DNA of 64,000 bases from Candidatus Curtissbacteria bacterium. Lineage in GTDB: Bacteria > Patescibacteriota > Microgenomatia > Curtissbacterales > GWA2-41-24. The translations under genes were made by a program, and so were the position numbers. Below the pieces are notes generated by a model. That model searched no databases. It was not told where the DNA came from and worked only from the letters and a program-made list of their open reading frames with translations. Below are positions 52,235-62,382 of the stretch, in pieces; within the stretch, counting starts at the first letter, position 1, and every line of letters begins with the position of its first letter. Location of the stretch: the NCBI GenBank assembly GCA_030647775.1, contig JAUSJC010000007.1, forward strand, positions 50,038-114,037, written 5' to 3'.

Positions 52235-54505
52235 TCAAGATTTTGATACAAGTTTGTGTTCCGCGCCCGCGATTATCCGGCGGGTTGATTCGATGGCGTC
52301 CGGGTTAACAGAAACGGAAGTTATGCCCCAGGAAACCAGTTTTTGGGTAAGTTCGGGGTAAATTGAAGGCGCTTGCCCGCAGATTGACGAGGTAATGCCT
52401 TCTTTGACGCAGGTTTTAATAAGGTGCTCGAGTGCCCACAAGACAGACGGGTCGAGTTCGTTAAATTCGCTTGCCACCTCTTCGTTATCGCGGTCGGTGC
52501 CCAGAATCAGCATCGTTAAATCGTTTGAGCCGATGGAAATGCCGTCAATACCTATTTTAATAAATTCCGAAAGGCTGATGACATTTGTAGGAATCTCGGC
52601 CATCATCCAGAATTTGAAGTGCTTGTCTTCGAAAAGGCCGGACGCGCTAACTAGCTCTTTGACGTTTTGAAGCTCTTGCGGGCTCCTGACAAAGGGAATC
52701 ATCAGGTGAAGATTTTTGTGGAGCCGGCGCACTTTTTTTATCGCGTCAAGTTCCAGCTTGAATGTTTCGGGATCTTTTATATAACGGAAAGCGCCCCGGT
52801 AACCAAGCATCGGGTTTGATTCATTGGGCTCAAACATATCACCTCCGGCGAGGTTTCTGTATTCGTTGGATTTAAGGTCGGAGGCTCTATAGATAACCGG
52901 CCGGCTTCCGAAGGCTTTAGCAAAAACGGTAAGCTCGCCCGCCATTCTATCGACAAAAATATCCTCTTTACCGTCTTTTATAAATTTTTTGGGGTGGGTG
53001 CCAATTTGTGCCAAAATAAACTCGGCACGCAAAAGCCCCACGCCATCAACATTTCTGGCGGCGACTTTTGGAGCAAGGTCTGGTTCAGCCAGATTAACGT
53101 AGAGCTTTGTGGCGGTTTTTCTTGGCGGTACTTTGGCGCTTGCCGAAGCACTATTTTGATTTTTTTTATCAGGGTTTAACGCCCCGTTATAGACTATACC
53201 CTTGGCCCCGTCGACAGTGACAACTTGTCCGTTTTTAAGTTTTTTTGTTGCATTGCCGGTACCTACCACGCAGGCGATGCCAAGCTCTCTTGAAACAATG
53301 GCGGCGTGGGAAGTTCGGCCGCCGCGGTCGGTAACGATTGCGCTCGCCCGTTTCATGGCGGGCACAAAATCCGGGTTTGTCATTTCAGTTACCAGAACCA
53401 TGCCTTTTTGGACTTTTGAAAGTTCAGCCGCGGATTTAATAATCACTACCGGGCCGGATGCCAACGCCGGTGAGGCCGGAGCACCCTGGAGAATTATAAC
53501 TTTGGCGGCTTTTTCCAAATCTGCCGATTCTTTCTTTTCCAGCCGAGGTTCTTTGTTTCCGGTTGTTGTTACCGGCCTTGTCTGGACGATATAGAGTTTG
53601 CTATCTTTATAGGCCCATTCAATGTCTTGCGGCCAGAAATAGTGTTTTTCGATAATTGAACCGATTTTTGCCAGTTCGATAATTTTTTGATCCGACAGCT
53701 TCTGGGATTTTTTGTAGGCCTTGGCAATCTTGATTTCTTTGTTGCCGCCTGCGCCCCTTACTAATTGTTTATCCTGGGAGACAATATTTCTGGCGATTAT
53801 TTCAAAAGTGTCTTTGGCGACTTCATAATGGTCCGGGGTCACCTGGCCTGAGACAATCAGCTCACCAAGCCCGAAGATTGCCTCTATAACAATCTTTTTG
53901 GCGTTGGTGACGGGGTCGATTGTAAACATGACACCGGAAACGTCCGATTCCACCATTAGCTGGACCGGGAGAGCGATACCGACTTTGAAGTGATCAAACC
54001 CTTTTTGGACACGGTAGTAGATTGCCCTGGCTTCGAAGAGGGATGCCCAGCCATCAAGGACTGCTTTCTGAAGTTTGCCGGTACCGGATATATTAAGGAA
54101 TGTTTTTTGCTGGCCGGCAAAGGATGCTTCCGGTAAGTCTTCGGCCGTAGCCGAGGAGCGAACGGCAACCAGTTTATTTTTACTTTGAGTCAGTTTGTTA
54201 TAGTAGGAGTTAACTTGCGATTCGAGCTTTGGGTCAAGCTTTATGCCGCTAATGACCTTTTGGCAAGCAAGTGCTTTATCTGCTAAAAGCGCCGGGTTCT
54301 CGACGTCTAGGTTAAAGAGGATTCCTTTGATTTTGTCTATGGCACCTGAATCTTCCAGAGTACGAAAGTACGCTTGGGCAGTGATAATAAAACCGTTGGG
54401 TACCGGTGCGCCAATTTTATAAAGCTCGCCAAGGTTTGCACCTTTACCACCAACCAGGGCCGTATCGTTTTTATCAATTTCGGAAAACCAAACAAGATCT
54501 TTCAC
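52235..54505 (-). CDS. ppsA: phosphoenolpyruvate synthase / pyruvate, water dikinase family
   Basis: N-terminal ATP-grasp PEP-utilising region, central phospho-His domain 'GGRTSHAAIVSRELGIACVVG', C-terminal PEP-utilising TIM barrel. Confidence 0.85.
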   Translation of the reverse strand: MKDLVWFSEIDKNDTALVGGKGANLGELYKIGAPVPNGFIITAQAYFRTLEDSGAIDKIKGILFNLDVENPALLADKALACQKVISGIKLDPKLESQVNSYYNKLTQSKNKLVAVRSSATAEDLPEASFAGQQKTFLNISGTGKLQKAVLDGWASLFEARAIYYRVQKGFDHFKVGIALPVQLMVESDVSGVMFTIDPVTNAKKIVIEAIFGLGELIVSGQVTPDHYEVAKDTFEIIARNIVSQDKQLVRGAGGNKEIKIAKAYKKSQKLSDQKIIELAKIGSIIEKHYFWPQDIEWAYKDSKLYIVQTRPVTTTGNKEPRLEKKESADLEKAAKVIILQGAPASPALASGPVVIIKSAAELSKVQKGMVLVTEMTNPDFVPAMKRASAIVTDRGGRTSHAAIVSRELGIACVVGTGNATKKLKNGQVVTVDGAKGIVYNGALNPDKKNQNSASASAKVPPRKTATKLYVNLAEPDLAPKVAARNVDGVGLLRAEFILAQIGTHPKKFIKDGKEDIFVDRMAGELTVFAKAFGSRPVIYRASDLKSNEYRNLAGGDMFEPNESNPMLGYRGAFRYIKDPETFKLELDAIKKVRRLHKNLHLMIPFVRSPQELQNVKELVSASGLFEDKHFKFWMMAEIPTNVISLSEFIKIGIDGISIGSNDLTMLILGTDRDNEEVASEFNELDPSVLWALEHLIKTCVKEGITSSICGQAPSIYPELTQKLVSWGITSVSVNPDAIESTRRIIAGAEHKLVSKS

Positions 54506-54568
54506 GCAGACATAAACTTACCTTCCGATTTAAAATCGGTGTGGGTGAAGATAGCTTTATTGTAGCAT

Positions 54569-55288
54569 TTAACTTCTCAAATATTTAAGCATGAGAAAGG
54601 CGGTAAGTTCCGGTTCTTCTAAACCGGTCTTGCCTGTTTTTATTGCCAAGTCTGCCTTAAGACTTCCGGTAAGGAAATTTTTCAGAGTTTTCAATTCGAA
54701 TAAGTTTGCCTGGTTTTTGATCTTGTCCCACTGCCACGGGGCAAGATTCCTGCCGCTGATTTGACCGGCCTGGGAGGCGCTTGCGCCGAGTTTTGCGAGA
54801 GTAAGAAGGATTAGTCTCGCCGAAATATGCCAAATTAGAGGGTAGCTATAGGCTGCGGGATCAGGGTCTTGTTGATATTCGAGATCACGAAGAATCGACA
54901 AGGATCTTTTGGCATCCGGGGAAAGTGTGTCGAGAAACTGGAAAATAAAAGCCCGGGGTTTGAATGTTTCGACTCTTGCTAAGAGTGCGATAGATTTTAT
55001 TTGAGCAGGTGCAATCTCTGCCTGCTCCCAAAAAACTATGGTCGTATCTTTGGGAGTGTTTTTGAAAATTTCATCTTTTACAGTTAACTTTTTGTCTTTT
55101 AGGAAATTATGCGCAACTAGGATATTTTCGTCCTCCAGAAGCGTGGTGCCAAAAATTGCCATATAGAGATCGTCTCTGGTGTTTTCCTTTGAAAAGTGCA
55201 GGCGCTTTGCCTTGGGGTATGTTTTGATAATTTGCTCGAGACGGATATAGGCGGCAGTTTTATCTTCTCCGTGCAGTAAGTAAATCAT
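54569..55288 (-). CDS. holA: DNA polymerase III delta subunit-like protein
   Basis: 'IYLLHGEDK...IRLEQII' N-terminal pattern, 239 aa; weak. Confidence 0.45.
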   Translation of the reverse strand: MIYLLHGEDKTAAYIRLEQIIKTYPKAKRLHFSKENTRDDLYMAIFGTTLLEDENILVAHNFLKDKKLTVKDEIFKNTPKDTTIVFWEQAEIAPAQIKSIALLARVETFKPRAFIFQFLDTLSPDAKRSLSILRDLEYQQDPDPAAYSYPLIWHISARLILLTLAKLGASASQAGQISGRNLAPWQWDKIKNQANLFELKTLKNFLTGSLKADLAIKTGKTGLEEPELTAFLMLKYLRS

Positions 55289-55289
55289 C

Positions 55290-55565
55290 TCAAACCTTTG
55301 TTATTGGCGAAGGAGTCTTAACGGGTTTTTGGACTTTTATGCCGAATTCGTCTCCTTTTTTGGCAATATCAATATTGGCGTGTTCTATTTGCATTGAGGT
55401 TACGTCTTCCGTAAATTCCTGGCCGTCTTTACCAGCTAATTTAACCTGATCGCCAATTTTTAGATCTCCGCCGGTAAGCTTAACAACGGCGACACCAATT
55501 TTGTCGTAATAATGGGTAACAGTACCCAATTTTTTATCTGCTATTTTTATCACCCCCTGACTCAA
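55290..55565 (-). CDS. hypothetical small beta-barrel protein
   Basis: 91-aa ORF, translationally coupled (1-nt spacing) to the upstream gene; no family assigned. Confidence 0.35.
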   Translation of the reverse strand: MSQGVIKIADKKLGTVTHYYDKIGVAVVKLTGGDLKIGDQVKLAGKDGQEFTEDVTSMQIEHANIDIAKKGDEFGIKVQKPVKTPSPITKV

Positions 55566-55569
55566 ATTA

Positions 55570-55794
55570 TTATATCTCCTCTACTTCCGAACTCTCATCT
55601 TTAAGAATAGCCGAGATTTTGGTGCTTGCCTCCGTTAATTTATTTTTGCAAAGCTTGTGAAGTTTTACCCCTTCTTCGAGAAGTTTGAGGCCTTCTTCCA
55701 AATCGAGATCCGGTTCTTCGAGTTTTTGGACAATTTCCTCAAGTCTTTTTAGGGACCGGGTAAAATTAATGTCGTCCGCTGTCTTTTTTGTCAT
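55570..55794 (-). CDS. xseB: exodeoxyribonuclease VII small subunit
   Basis: 74 aa, 'LKRLEEIVQKLEEPDLDLEEGLKLLEEGVKLHKLC' matches the XseB helical hairpin consensus; 4-nt overlap with xseA. Confidence 0.7.
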   Translation of the reverse strand: MTKKTADDINFTRSLKRLEEIVQKLEEPDLDLEEGLKLLEEGVKLHKLCKNKLTEASTKISAILKDESSEVEEI

Positions 55795-56987
55795 TTATTT
55801 TTAGATTGAACTTGTGATGTTAAACTTCCGCGAGCCAATTTTACACCAATGATGTCGCCAAGGACAACGCCCTCAATGCTTTTGACGATCCGGCCACGGC
55901 TATCGGTGGTAATAGAATAGCCGCGGGAAAGAGTATTTTCGGGCGAGAGAATTCGCAGTGATTTGGCAAGGTTTTCCAATTTAGTGGAAGCGTCGGTAAT
56001 TAAATATTTTTGCTGATGGGCAAAAGCCTGGGCAATGATTGTCAGACGATGGGGCAGATCCTTAAAATAAGATTTTACTTGCAGAAGCTGGCGGAAATTA
56101 TAGTCAAGCTTTTGAAAATTGGCAGAGAAAAAATAGTCGGCACGGATTTTAAGGCGCGTGCCAATGCTTTCCAGTTTATCTATGATCAGCAAATAGCCGT
56201 TTGTGACGATATTGGCGGCGTCCGTTGGGGTTGAAGCGCGGCGGTCGGCCACCCATTCGGCGAGCGATTCATTGGCTTCATGGCCAATGGCAACAACGGT
56301 TGGAGTTTTCATCTTAAAAATTGCTCGGGCAACCGCCTCATCGTTGAAAGCCGCCAAATCCTCCAGCGATCCGCCGCCGCGGGTAATGACGACTACGTCG
56401 AACCCCTCCCGATCGACCTTTGGAAGAATCGCAAGAAGCTGTGGGATTGATTTTATTCCCTGCACGCGGACATCGGCAGTTGCTAGATCGATAATCGGAA
56501 ATTTATCAGTCGTGTGGCGTTTAAAATCATTCCAGGCGTCGGATCCGGCAGACGTTACGACGCAAACTTTTTTAGGGTAAAGTGGGATTTCTTTTTTGTG
56601 TTGCTGATCAAATAGACCTTCGCCTTTTAATTTTTTGATTAATTCCTCAAGTTTTTTAGCTAAAACGCCTTCACCGATGGCTTCCACTTTCTTAATTTTG
56701 AACTGGTACTGACCGCGGGGCTCGTAGAGCGACAAGAATCCGAAGGCTAGGATTTTTTGGCCAACGAGTTCCGATCCGCCAAAATCTTTAAAGATTGACC
56801 CGTCGGCAACACAGGGGAGGAGGGCATTATCGTCTTTTAAATCCAAATAAAAGAAGCGCCAGTTGGGGTTTTCTTTAAAGGTCGTAACTTCTCCTTCGAC
56901 CCAGAGCTCCATTTGCTCCAGGGTCTCTTTGGCGAAATAATTGACTTCGGAGACGGAGTAGATTTTGCGGTCTTTGTCGGTTTTCAT
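55791..56987 (-). CDS. xseA: exodeoxyribonuclease VII large subunit
   Basis: N-terminal OB fold 'YSVSEVNYFAKETLE...WVEGEV', central catalytic region. Confidence 0.85.
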   Translation of the reverse strand: MKTDKDRKIYSVSEVNYFAKETLEQMELWVEGEVTTFKENPNWRFFYLDLKDDNALLPCVADGSIFKDFGGSELVGQKILAFGFLSLYEPRGQYQFKIKKVEAIGEGVLAKKLEELIKKLKGEGLFDQQHKKEIPLYPKKVCVVTSAGSDAWNDFKRHTTDKFPIIDLATADVRVQGIKSIPQLLAILPKVDREGFDVVVITRGGGSLEDLAAFNDEAVARAIFKMKTPTVVAIGHEANESLAEWVADRRASTPTDAANIVTNGYLLIIDKLESIGTRLKIRADYFFSANFQKLDYNFRQLLQVKSYFKDLPHRLTIIAQAFAHQQKYLITDASTKLENLAKSLRILSPENTLSRGYSITTDSRGRIVKSIEGVVLGDIIGVKLARGSLTSQVQSKNK

Positions 56988-57101
56988 TTAGGAAAGTATA
57001 TCAGTTCGGAGATTCCGGCGAAATATTAAATTTTAAAATTACTATCATTTTAGCCTCATTTTGCCCCGTTGACAATGTTTTTTTCTTGTTATATTATATC
57101 C

Positions 57102-57165
57102 AAGCTTATCGCAAGATAGGCAATCTGAAAGGGCCCCTCGCAAGAAGGGCCTTTTCTTTTGGGAA
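57102..57165 (+). ncRNA. candidate small RNA 1 (promoter TTGACA-N17-TATTAT at 57070..57100; GNRA hairpins; intrinsic terminator)
   Basis: 'TATC-GCAA-GATA' and 'CCTC-GCAA-GAAGG' hairpins followed by GGCCC/GGGCC stem plus 'TTTTCTTTTGG'. Confidence 0.25.
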
Positions 57166-57175
57166 AAAATAAGAT

Positions 57176-57236
57176 GTCATGCTGAACTCGTTTCAGCATC
57201 TTAAATAGAAGAGATCCCGAAACAGGTCCGGGATGA
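57176..57236. repeat. repeat family B variant copy
   Basis: 'GTCATGCTGAA-CTCGT-TTCAGCATC' plus 'ATCCCG-AAACAGGTC-CGGGAT-GAC'; the loop shares 'AACAGGTC' with the RAYT-element palindrome arm. Confidence 0.5.
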
Positions 57237-57439
57237 CAAGAGTAACCATTTTGCCCCGTTGACCCCGCCAATCTTACTTCTCGCCTTTCCCGCCTGCAAC
57301 CCGCCCAGAACTGTGTAGCTGTTGGCGGGTAGCATTGCGGGCAGGTCACTATTATTCATACACGGCTCGAAGAGCGATTTTGGAGGGGCAAGCAAATTTT
57401 GATGTATTGACAAGTATTTTTACACGCTATATATTGCCT

Positions 57440-57523
57440 TTTGTAATTACAGCAATGTAGTTACACGGTTGCCGCAAGGTGACCAAAACTGAAGGGGCCT
57501 TACCAAAAGTGAGGCCTTTTCTT
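57440..57523 (+). ncRNA. candidate small RNA 2 (promoter TTGACA-N17-TATATT at 57411..57439; terminator GGCCT/AGGCC plus TTTTCTTTTGG)
   Basis: The promoter region 'ATTTTGCCCCGTTGAC' is duplicated at 57049 and 57244; a 'GCCGCAAGG' GNRA loop is present; the terminator is near-identical to that of candidate 1. Confidence 0.25.
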
Positions 57524-57604
57524 TTGGTTTTTAAGTCGCAAAAACATACCAATCGTGGCGTTGGTAATTATTCCTTAATTTTTTTAAAGGAAAGCGTTTT
57601 TAGA

Positions 57605-57886
57605 TTAACCCTGCGAGTTTTTCTTTTGCATGTAACAATCTCGGCAGTATACCGGCCTATCTCCTGATGGCTGAAAAGGTACTTGCGTATCTTTACCACA
57701 ATTGCTGCACTTTACGTTGTAAAGCGTACGGCCTTGTTGGTCTGTCCCCTCTGACTGGGCTGCGGGCGCATCTTTTGCAACTTCTTCTGCTTTTGGTTCT
57801 ACATCTGCGGCTGGCTGGGCAGCTGCTTCATCTGCTGCATCAGCGGCCGGTTCATCTGTTGTTGTTGTTTTATCGTCATCTAACAT
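57605..57886 (-). CDS. CxxC-x17-CxxC zinc-ribbon protein with acidic Ala/Asp-rich N-terminus
   Basis: 'CSNCGKDTQVPFQPSGDRPVYCRDC' gives exactly CxxC-x17-CxxC. Confidence 0.55.
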   Translation of the reverse strand: MLDDDKTTTTDEPAADAADEAAAQPAADVEPKAEEVAKDAPAAQSEGTDQQGRTLYNVKCSNCGKDTQVPFQPSGDRPVYCRDCYMQKKNSQG

Positions 57887-58016
57887 TATTTATCACCTCC
57901 TTTTTGTTTATTATGAGCGAATATCAAAACACCACGGCCTTTAGACCGTGTGTAATTTATTTTACCAAAAATTAGCGGAGAAAACATTTATGCTACAGAT
58001 CGCTACTTTCATATAT

Positions 58017-58727
58017 CTAGAAATAGGTGAGACTACGGGCCATGTCTTCGAGAACTTTCCCGCTTGAATCCGCATCTTCTTTGGCATCCTGCTGCTGGTA
58101 AATGATCACAATCGGATTTTGGGCATCGGGAATTAAAAAGGTTATTTGGGAAAAGCCTTTTGTCGTTGAACCTCTACCCGTAGTTTGCGCCTTTACTTTT
58201 TGGACGGACTTTCCATTAACTTCAATATTCTGGCTAGTGACGATGATTTGGAGGTCATTGGGATTTTGGTAGTAACCTACGGTTCCCTGCCAATCTTCGG
58301 GTTTGATGACCTCAAGATATATGGGGGTGAATTGGATATCGGTATCGGCCGGGACCGTAAAAGAGTAAGGGGCGAAGTAATTACATTTCTGACTGTCGTC
58401 GTTATAGGTAGTAAACCAGTCTTTGGGATAAGAGACGCTAAAGCCGTAAGTAGCGTTGGAGCAAAGCTTAACGTAGGAAGCAATGATTGAGTTTGATTGG
58501 GTGTCGGCGGCGGGAATCGGGCTGTCGATCGGCGCGATTGGCCCGGCTTTTGTGGTTGCGCCGCGAACGTTAAGGAGCGAAGCGACGTTTTGCCGAATGG
58601 ATGTTGACCCCAAAAGAAAAAACCCCAATCCGTACAAGGCCATAAAAGTAACTGCGAGTGTGATTTTGGAATGTTTTTTAAAAGAAGATAGAGTCAACTT
58701 TGATTCCTTAGCTTGATAGCCTAACAC
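58017..58727 (-). CDS. hypothetical secreted / membrane-anchored protein
   Basis: N-terminal TM/signal segment, 236 aa, no family. Confidence 0.4.
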   Translation of the reverse strand: MLGYQAKESKLTLSSFKKHSKITLAVTFMALYGLGFFLLGSTSIRQNVASLLNVRGATTKAGPIAPIDSPIPAADTQSNSIIASYVKLCSNATYGFSVSYPKDWFTTYNDDSQKCNYFAPYSFTVPADTDIQFTPIYLEVIKPEDWQGTVGYYQNPNDLQIIVTSQNIEVNGKSVQKVKAQTTGRGSTTKGFSQITFLIPDAQNPIVIIYQQQDAKEDADSSGKVLEDMARSLTYF

Positions 58728-59086
58728 TCTCTAGCATAGGGAACCAAAGTTGACTCTGTCAACCCCGTTAGAAGTGTGGTCTTTGACATTATCGAGTCGA
58801 TAAATATCAAAAATTTTCCGGACTTCTAACGGGGTCAATACGTTTTAATTACTTTTTAGATAATTAGGCCGCTTGAGAATCGTCTGCCGGTACTTCTCCT
58901 GCAGTCGGTTCTTCTGCGGGTGGAGGCGGAGCAATCTCGCCTTCTTCTGCCGGAGCAGCCGGCGCACCACCCTGGTCGTCAGCCGGAGCAACAGGCGCTT
59001 GGCCGTCATCGGTTACCGGTTGACCCGTAGGGTTTTGATTTTGGTCATCGTTCGGATCCATAATATTTTCCCTCCTTTTTTCAATT

Positions 59087-60172
59087 TTACCAAATTGCGA
59101 GTGGGGTTTGTAAAGCCTGTAAAAATTTTGTCCCGGCGGGGAGGTTACTAATAACTTTGATAACGGTTTGAGGTATCTGGTAGGTTTTCGGCTGGGGCTG
59201 GTTCTGGTAGAGATCCGTCAGCTTTGCCTGAAGCGCGTTTTGGGTAATATTAACCTGGGCAAATTTTTCTAAATTCCTCTTTTTATCAAAGACTTTAAGC
59301 TTTTGGGAAAGCAGCTGTCCCGACAAGCCTTCATTCTTAATTTTGGCCTGCTGGAGTATTTGGTAGGCTTTTTCAATTTGGGGGACGCTGTCTTTTTCGG
59401 TTTCGTTTGCTCCGGACAGGGTTTTGGTGATATCGCTTGCGACATTGACCAAAAGCTCGAGGTAAGCAATCTGGGTGTCGTAATAAGTTTTAAAACCGTC
59501 CGGAACGGTGAGACGGGACAGATCGGAAAGGGTAATATTGGCCTGACGTTTTTTGGCTTCATAATAATCGATGATCGGCTGCGGCTTTTGGTTGGGCCAG
59601 AGGGTTTCGTCGGTTAGAACAGGCAGATAAAATCCGGTACCGGAGGCGATAAGAATTTCCCGCTGAAAATTCTGGTCGGCCAAAAAGCCGTCTAAAAGAA
59701 TTGCGCTTCCATTGTAGTAGGCGAACAAATCTTTTCTAATTGCCTGGAATTTATCCGGCACTTCCAGCTTGGAAAGCTGGTTTTTTTGCTCCAGTAAACT
59801 TTTTTGAGTCGATTCTACCTGGGAAATTGCCTTTTCGATGTCGTTGAGGCTGACATAGTAACCTTGAGGTGTCGGTGTTGCTTCTTTTAGGATATCGACG
59901 GCTTTGACCTTAGCCCCGGCGACCTGAAACGAACCAATAATCTCCGAGAGCGAGTTTTTGGAAGAGGTAAAACCGCTTATAGCTACTTCCAAATAATGGT
60001 TTTCGGTTCTAAGAGGCGCCTCTTTGTAATATTGCCAAAATGAAAAGGCGCTAGCGGCACCGCCGGTAATAAGAACAAGAGCCAAAAATAAAAAAAGTGT
60101 TTTTTGGATAAGAGAAGCTTTAGGCTTTTTCTCCAAAACCGAAACGTAATACTTATAAGAGTGGATATGCAT
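59087..60172 (-). CDS. hypothetical membrane-anchored protein
   Basis: N-terminal TM helix, 361 aa, coiled-coil segments. Confidence 0.4.
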   Translation of the reverse strand: MHIHSYKYYVSVLEKKPKASLIQKTLFLFLALVLITGGAASAFSFWQYYKEAPLRTENHYLEVAISGFTSSKNSLSEIIGSFQVAGAKVKAVDILKEATPTPQGYYVSLNDIEKAISQVESTQKSLLEQKNQLSKLEVPDKFQAIRKDLFAYYNGSAILLDGFLADQNFQREILIASGTGFYLPVLTDETLWPNQKPQPIIDYYEAKKRQANITLSDLSRLTVPDGFKTYYDTQIAYLELLVNVASDITKTLSGANETEKDSVPQIEKAYQILQQAKIKNEGLSGQLLSQKLKVFDKKRNLEKFAQVNITQNALQAKLTDLYQNQPQPKTYQIPQTVIKVISNLPAGTKFLQALQTPLAIW

Positions 60173-60263
60173 GAATTTCTTACTACTAGATTATCACGGT
60201 CGGCAAAACAAACCAATTTTGACCATTGATATTCGGGTTTTCTTTGGTATATTTAGAGTTAAG

Positions 60264-61715
60264 ATGGACAACAATCAACGAGTCATTATCCATGCGGACT
60301 TGAATAGTTTCTTTGCAACGGCCGAACAGCAAACAAACCCTGCCCTACGCGGTAAACCGGTAGGAGTTATCAAAGCCCCGGGCAGAACTTGCATTATCGC
60401 CGCTTCCGTTGAAGCTAAAAAGTTTGGCGTCGGTACTGGCAGCCGCGTTTACGATGCCAAGAAACTCTGTCCCGAGATTATTCTGGTGCCGGCTAACTTT
60501 AGCAAATACGAGAAAATGACTTACCGTTTTATTGATATTTGCAAAACTTATTCACCGGCTTGCGAGGTCTTTTCACTGGACGAGTGTTTTATCGATGTAA
60601 CGGAAACGGAATTTATCTGGCCGCGCCCGCCACGCAATGCCAGTCTTGAACAACTCGCTTGGCTGGAAATGGGGAAAGCATTGCGAGGCAATGCGGGCGG
60701 GAAGAATGTTTTTAACATTGCCTTTGAAATTAAGGACAGGTTAAGGCGAGAAGTCGGCGATTATATGACTTGCTCCGTCGGTGTTTCCCACAACAGGTTT
60801 TTGGCCAAGCTTGCTTCTTCCCAAATTAAACCCGATGGGCTTTTTTGGATAACGGACGATAATAAACTTGAAGTTTTGGATAGAAGCAAACTGACGGATG
60901 TCTGCGGCCTTGGGGACGGACTGTATCAGCATCTGACCCGCGTCGGGATTGATAGTTTTCCAATACTTAGGGCAAAATCCATAACATTTTTGCAAGAACA
61001 TTTCGGGCCGCACTGGTCTTTACATCTTTATAACTTAGCGCGGGGAATTGATGATTCAGGGGTAGGATCGATTCTCGAAATTCCCGACGCCAAAAGCGTT
61101 GGGCGCACTTATACAACCCACCGCAATTTATATAGAAAAGAAGAAGTTTGGCGCTTAACCCGTAATCTATGTGAGGAGACGGCGGCCAAAGCCCGCAAGA
61201 TGCATTTGGCGGGCCGGTACGTAGGGTTTTGTCTTCGCGGCGGGCCTGCCCGCATCGCTACCCGCCAACAGCTACACAGTTCTGGGCGGGTTGCTGGCGG
61301 GGAAGTGTCAGAGTGGGGACATTTGACTTTAAAAAATTATATTAACGACGGCAAAATTCTTTTTGATCTATGCTTGCAAATTTCTAAGAACTGGAACTTC
61401 TTCCAACAGCCCTTCGACTTCGCTCAGGTCTTCGACTCCGAGGTCGCTCAGACTCGAGGAGGTCTTCGACCTTATGTGCGTTTTTGCGGAGTAACACTGG
61501 GGATGCTTACCAAATCGGCGTATCTCCCCTCTCCCCTTTTCGTTTCTGATAGCCGGCGGGTAGATCTAATAAAAACAATTGACAAGGTTAACGGCAAGTA
61601 CGGAGACTACACCATTTACCCGGGCCAACTGCTTGGAACGAGCTTAATTCGGCCGGAGGTAAACGGTTTTTTCGGCGACCGCAAATACCGGTTAGACTTT
61701 GCAAGCAAAAATTAA
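60264..61715 (+). CDS. dinB: Y-family DNA polymerase (DinB/Pol IV-like)
   Basis: 'VIIHADLNSFFATAEQ' catalytic Asp motif, 'SLDECFIDVT', 'SVGVSHNRFLAKLAS'; probable start at 'MDNNQRVII'. Confidence 0.8.
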   Translation: MDNNQRVIIHADLNSFFATAEQQTNPALRGKPVGVIKAPGRTCIIAASVEAKKFGVGTGSRVYDAKKLCPEIILVPANFSKYEKMTYRFIDICKTYSPACEVFSLDECFIDVTETEFIWPRPPRNASLEQLAWLEMGKALRGNAGGKNVFNIAFEIKDRLRREVGDYMTCSVGVSHNRFLAKLASSQIKPDGLFWITDDNKLEVLDRSKLTDVCGLGDGLYQHLTRVGIDSFPILRAKSITFLQEHFGPHWSLHLYNLARGIDDSGVGSILEIPDAKSVGRTYTTHRNLYRKEEVWRLTRNLCEETAAKARKMHLAGRYVGFCLRGGPARIATRQQLHSSGRVAGGEVSEWGHLTLKNYINDGKILFDLCLQISKNWNFFQQPFDFAQVFDSEVAQTRGGLRPYVRFCGVTLGMLTKSAYLPSPLFVSDSRRVDLIKTIDKVNGKYGDYTIYPGQLLGTSLIRPEVNGFFGDRKYRLDFASKN

Positions 61716-61948
61716 AAGCGGGTTAAACTAACTAAAAAGTTTTTTGGGAGGGGGAATTATTAATATATAACTAGAGGGCGGGCCATAGAGCATTACAACC
61801 CGCCACTTGCTAATTACCAGCGGTGTGCTTACTTAGCAACTTCCTCTGTTTTAACTTCTTCAACTGCCGGTTTTTCTTCAGCAGCGTCTTCTACTTTTTC
61901 TTCTGTTTTTGTGTCGTCCATATATTTCACCCCCTCTCAAAAATGTTG

Positions 61949-62377
61949 TTAATTTATACAAAGCTTGTGGTTAATCAAGTGAAGCAACTGGTCGGGATTT
62001 TTCATAAGGTTTACTTCTATCCAGGAATCGTAATTGTCATGTTTTTTCAAGGTATTGACCTCGGACGCGAAAAGTTCGTCATCGAGCAGGAAAAATCTGC
62101 GGTTAAAATCGATGGCCTCGGTTTTATCCAGCCGAAAAGTAGTCGGCTTAATTTTCTCAAGCAGGGCAACGGTCGTCGGCAAAAGAAACTGGGATAAGTA
62201 TTTAATTAAGGCTTTGCTGTCACCGTTGCACTTGGAAGTCAGCCAGAAAACAGAATAATTTTTCAAAATATATCCGAGAAATTTATCGAGATGTTGCGCG
62301 GGCGCGACACCCCTTGTCAGGATAACCCCATCGACATCGATATAAATATTTTTGGGCAAAACTTTGATCTTTTTCAT
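61949..62377 (-). CDS. HAD-like hydrolase (small)
   Basis: 'IYIDVDGVI' motif I; 142 aa. Confidence 0.4.
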   Translation of the reverse strand: MKKIKVLPKNIYIDVDGVILTRGVAPAQHLDKFLGYILKNYSVFWLTSKCNGDSKALIKYLSQFLLPTTVALLEKIKPTTFRLDKTEAIDFNRRFFLLDDELFASEVNTLKKHDNYDSWIEVNLMKNPDQLLHLINHKLCIN

Positions 62378-62382
62378 ATAAC

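Noticed and set aside
57089-57413. Two 70-86-aa minus-strand ORFs in the xseA upstream region
   Set aside because: They lie over the repeat-B copy and the duplicated promoter/terminator units; the compositional bias is not protein-like.
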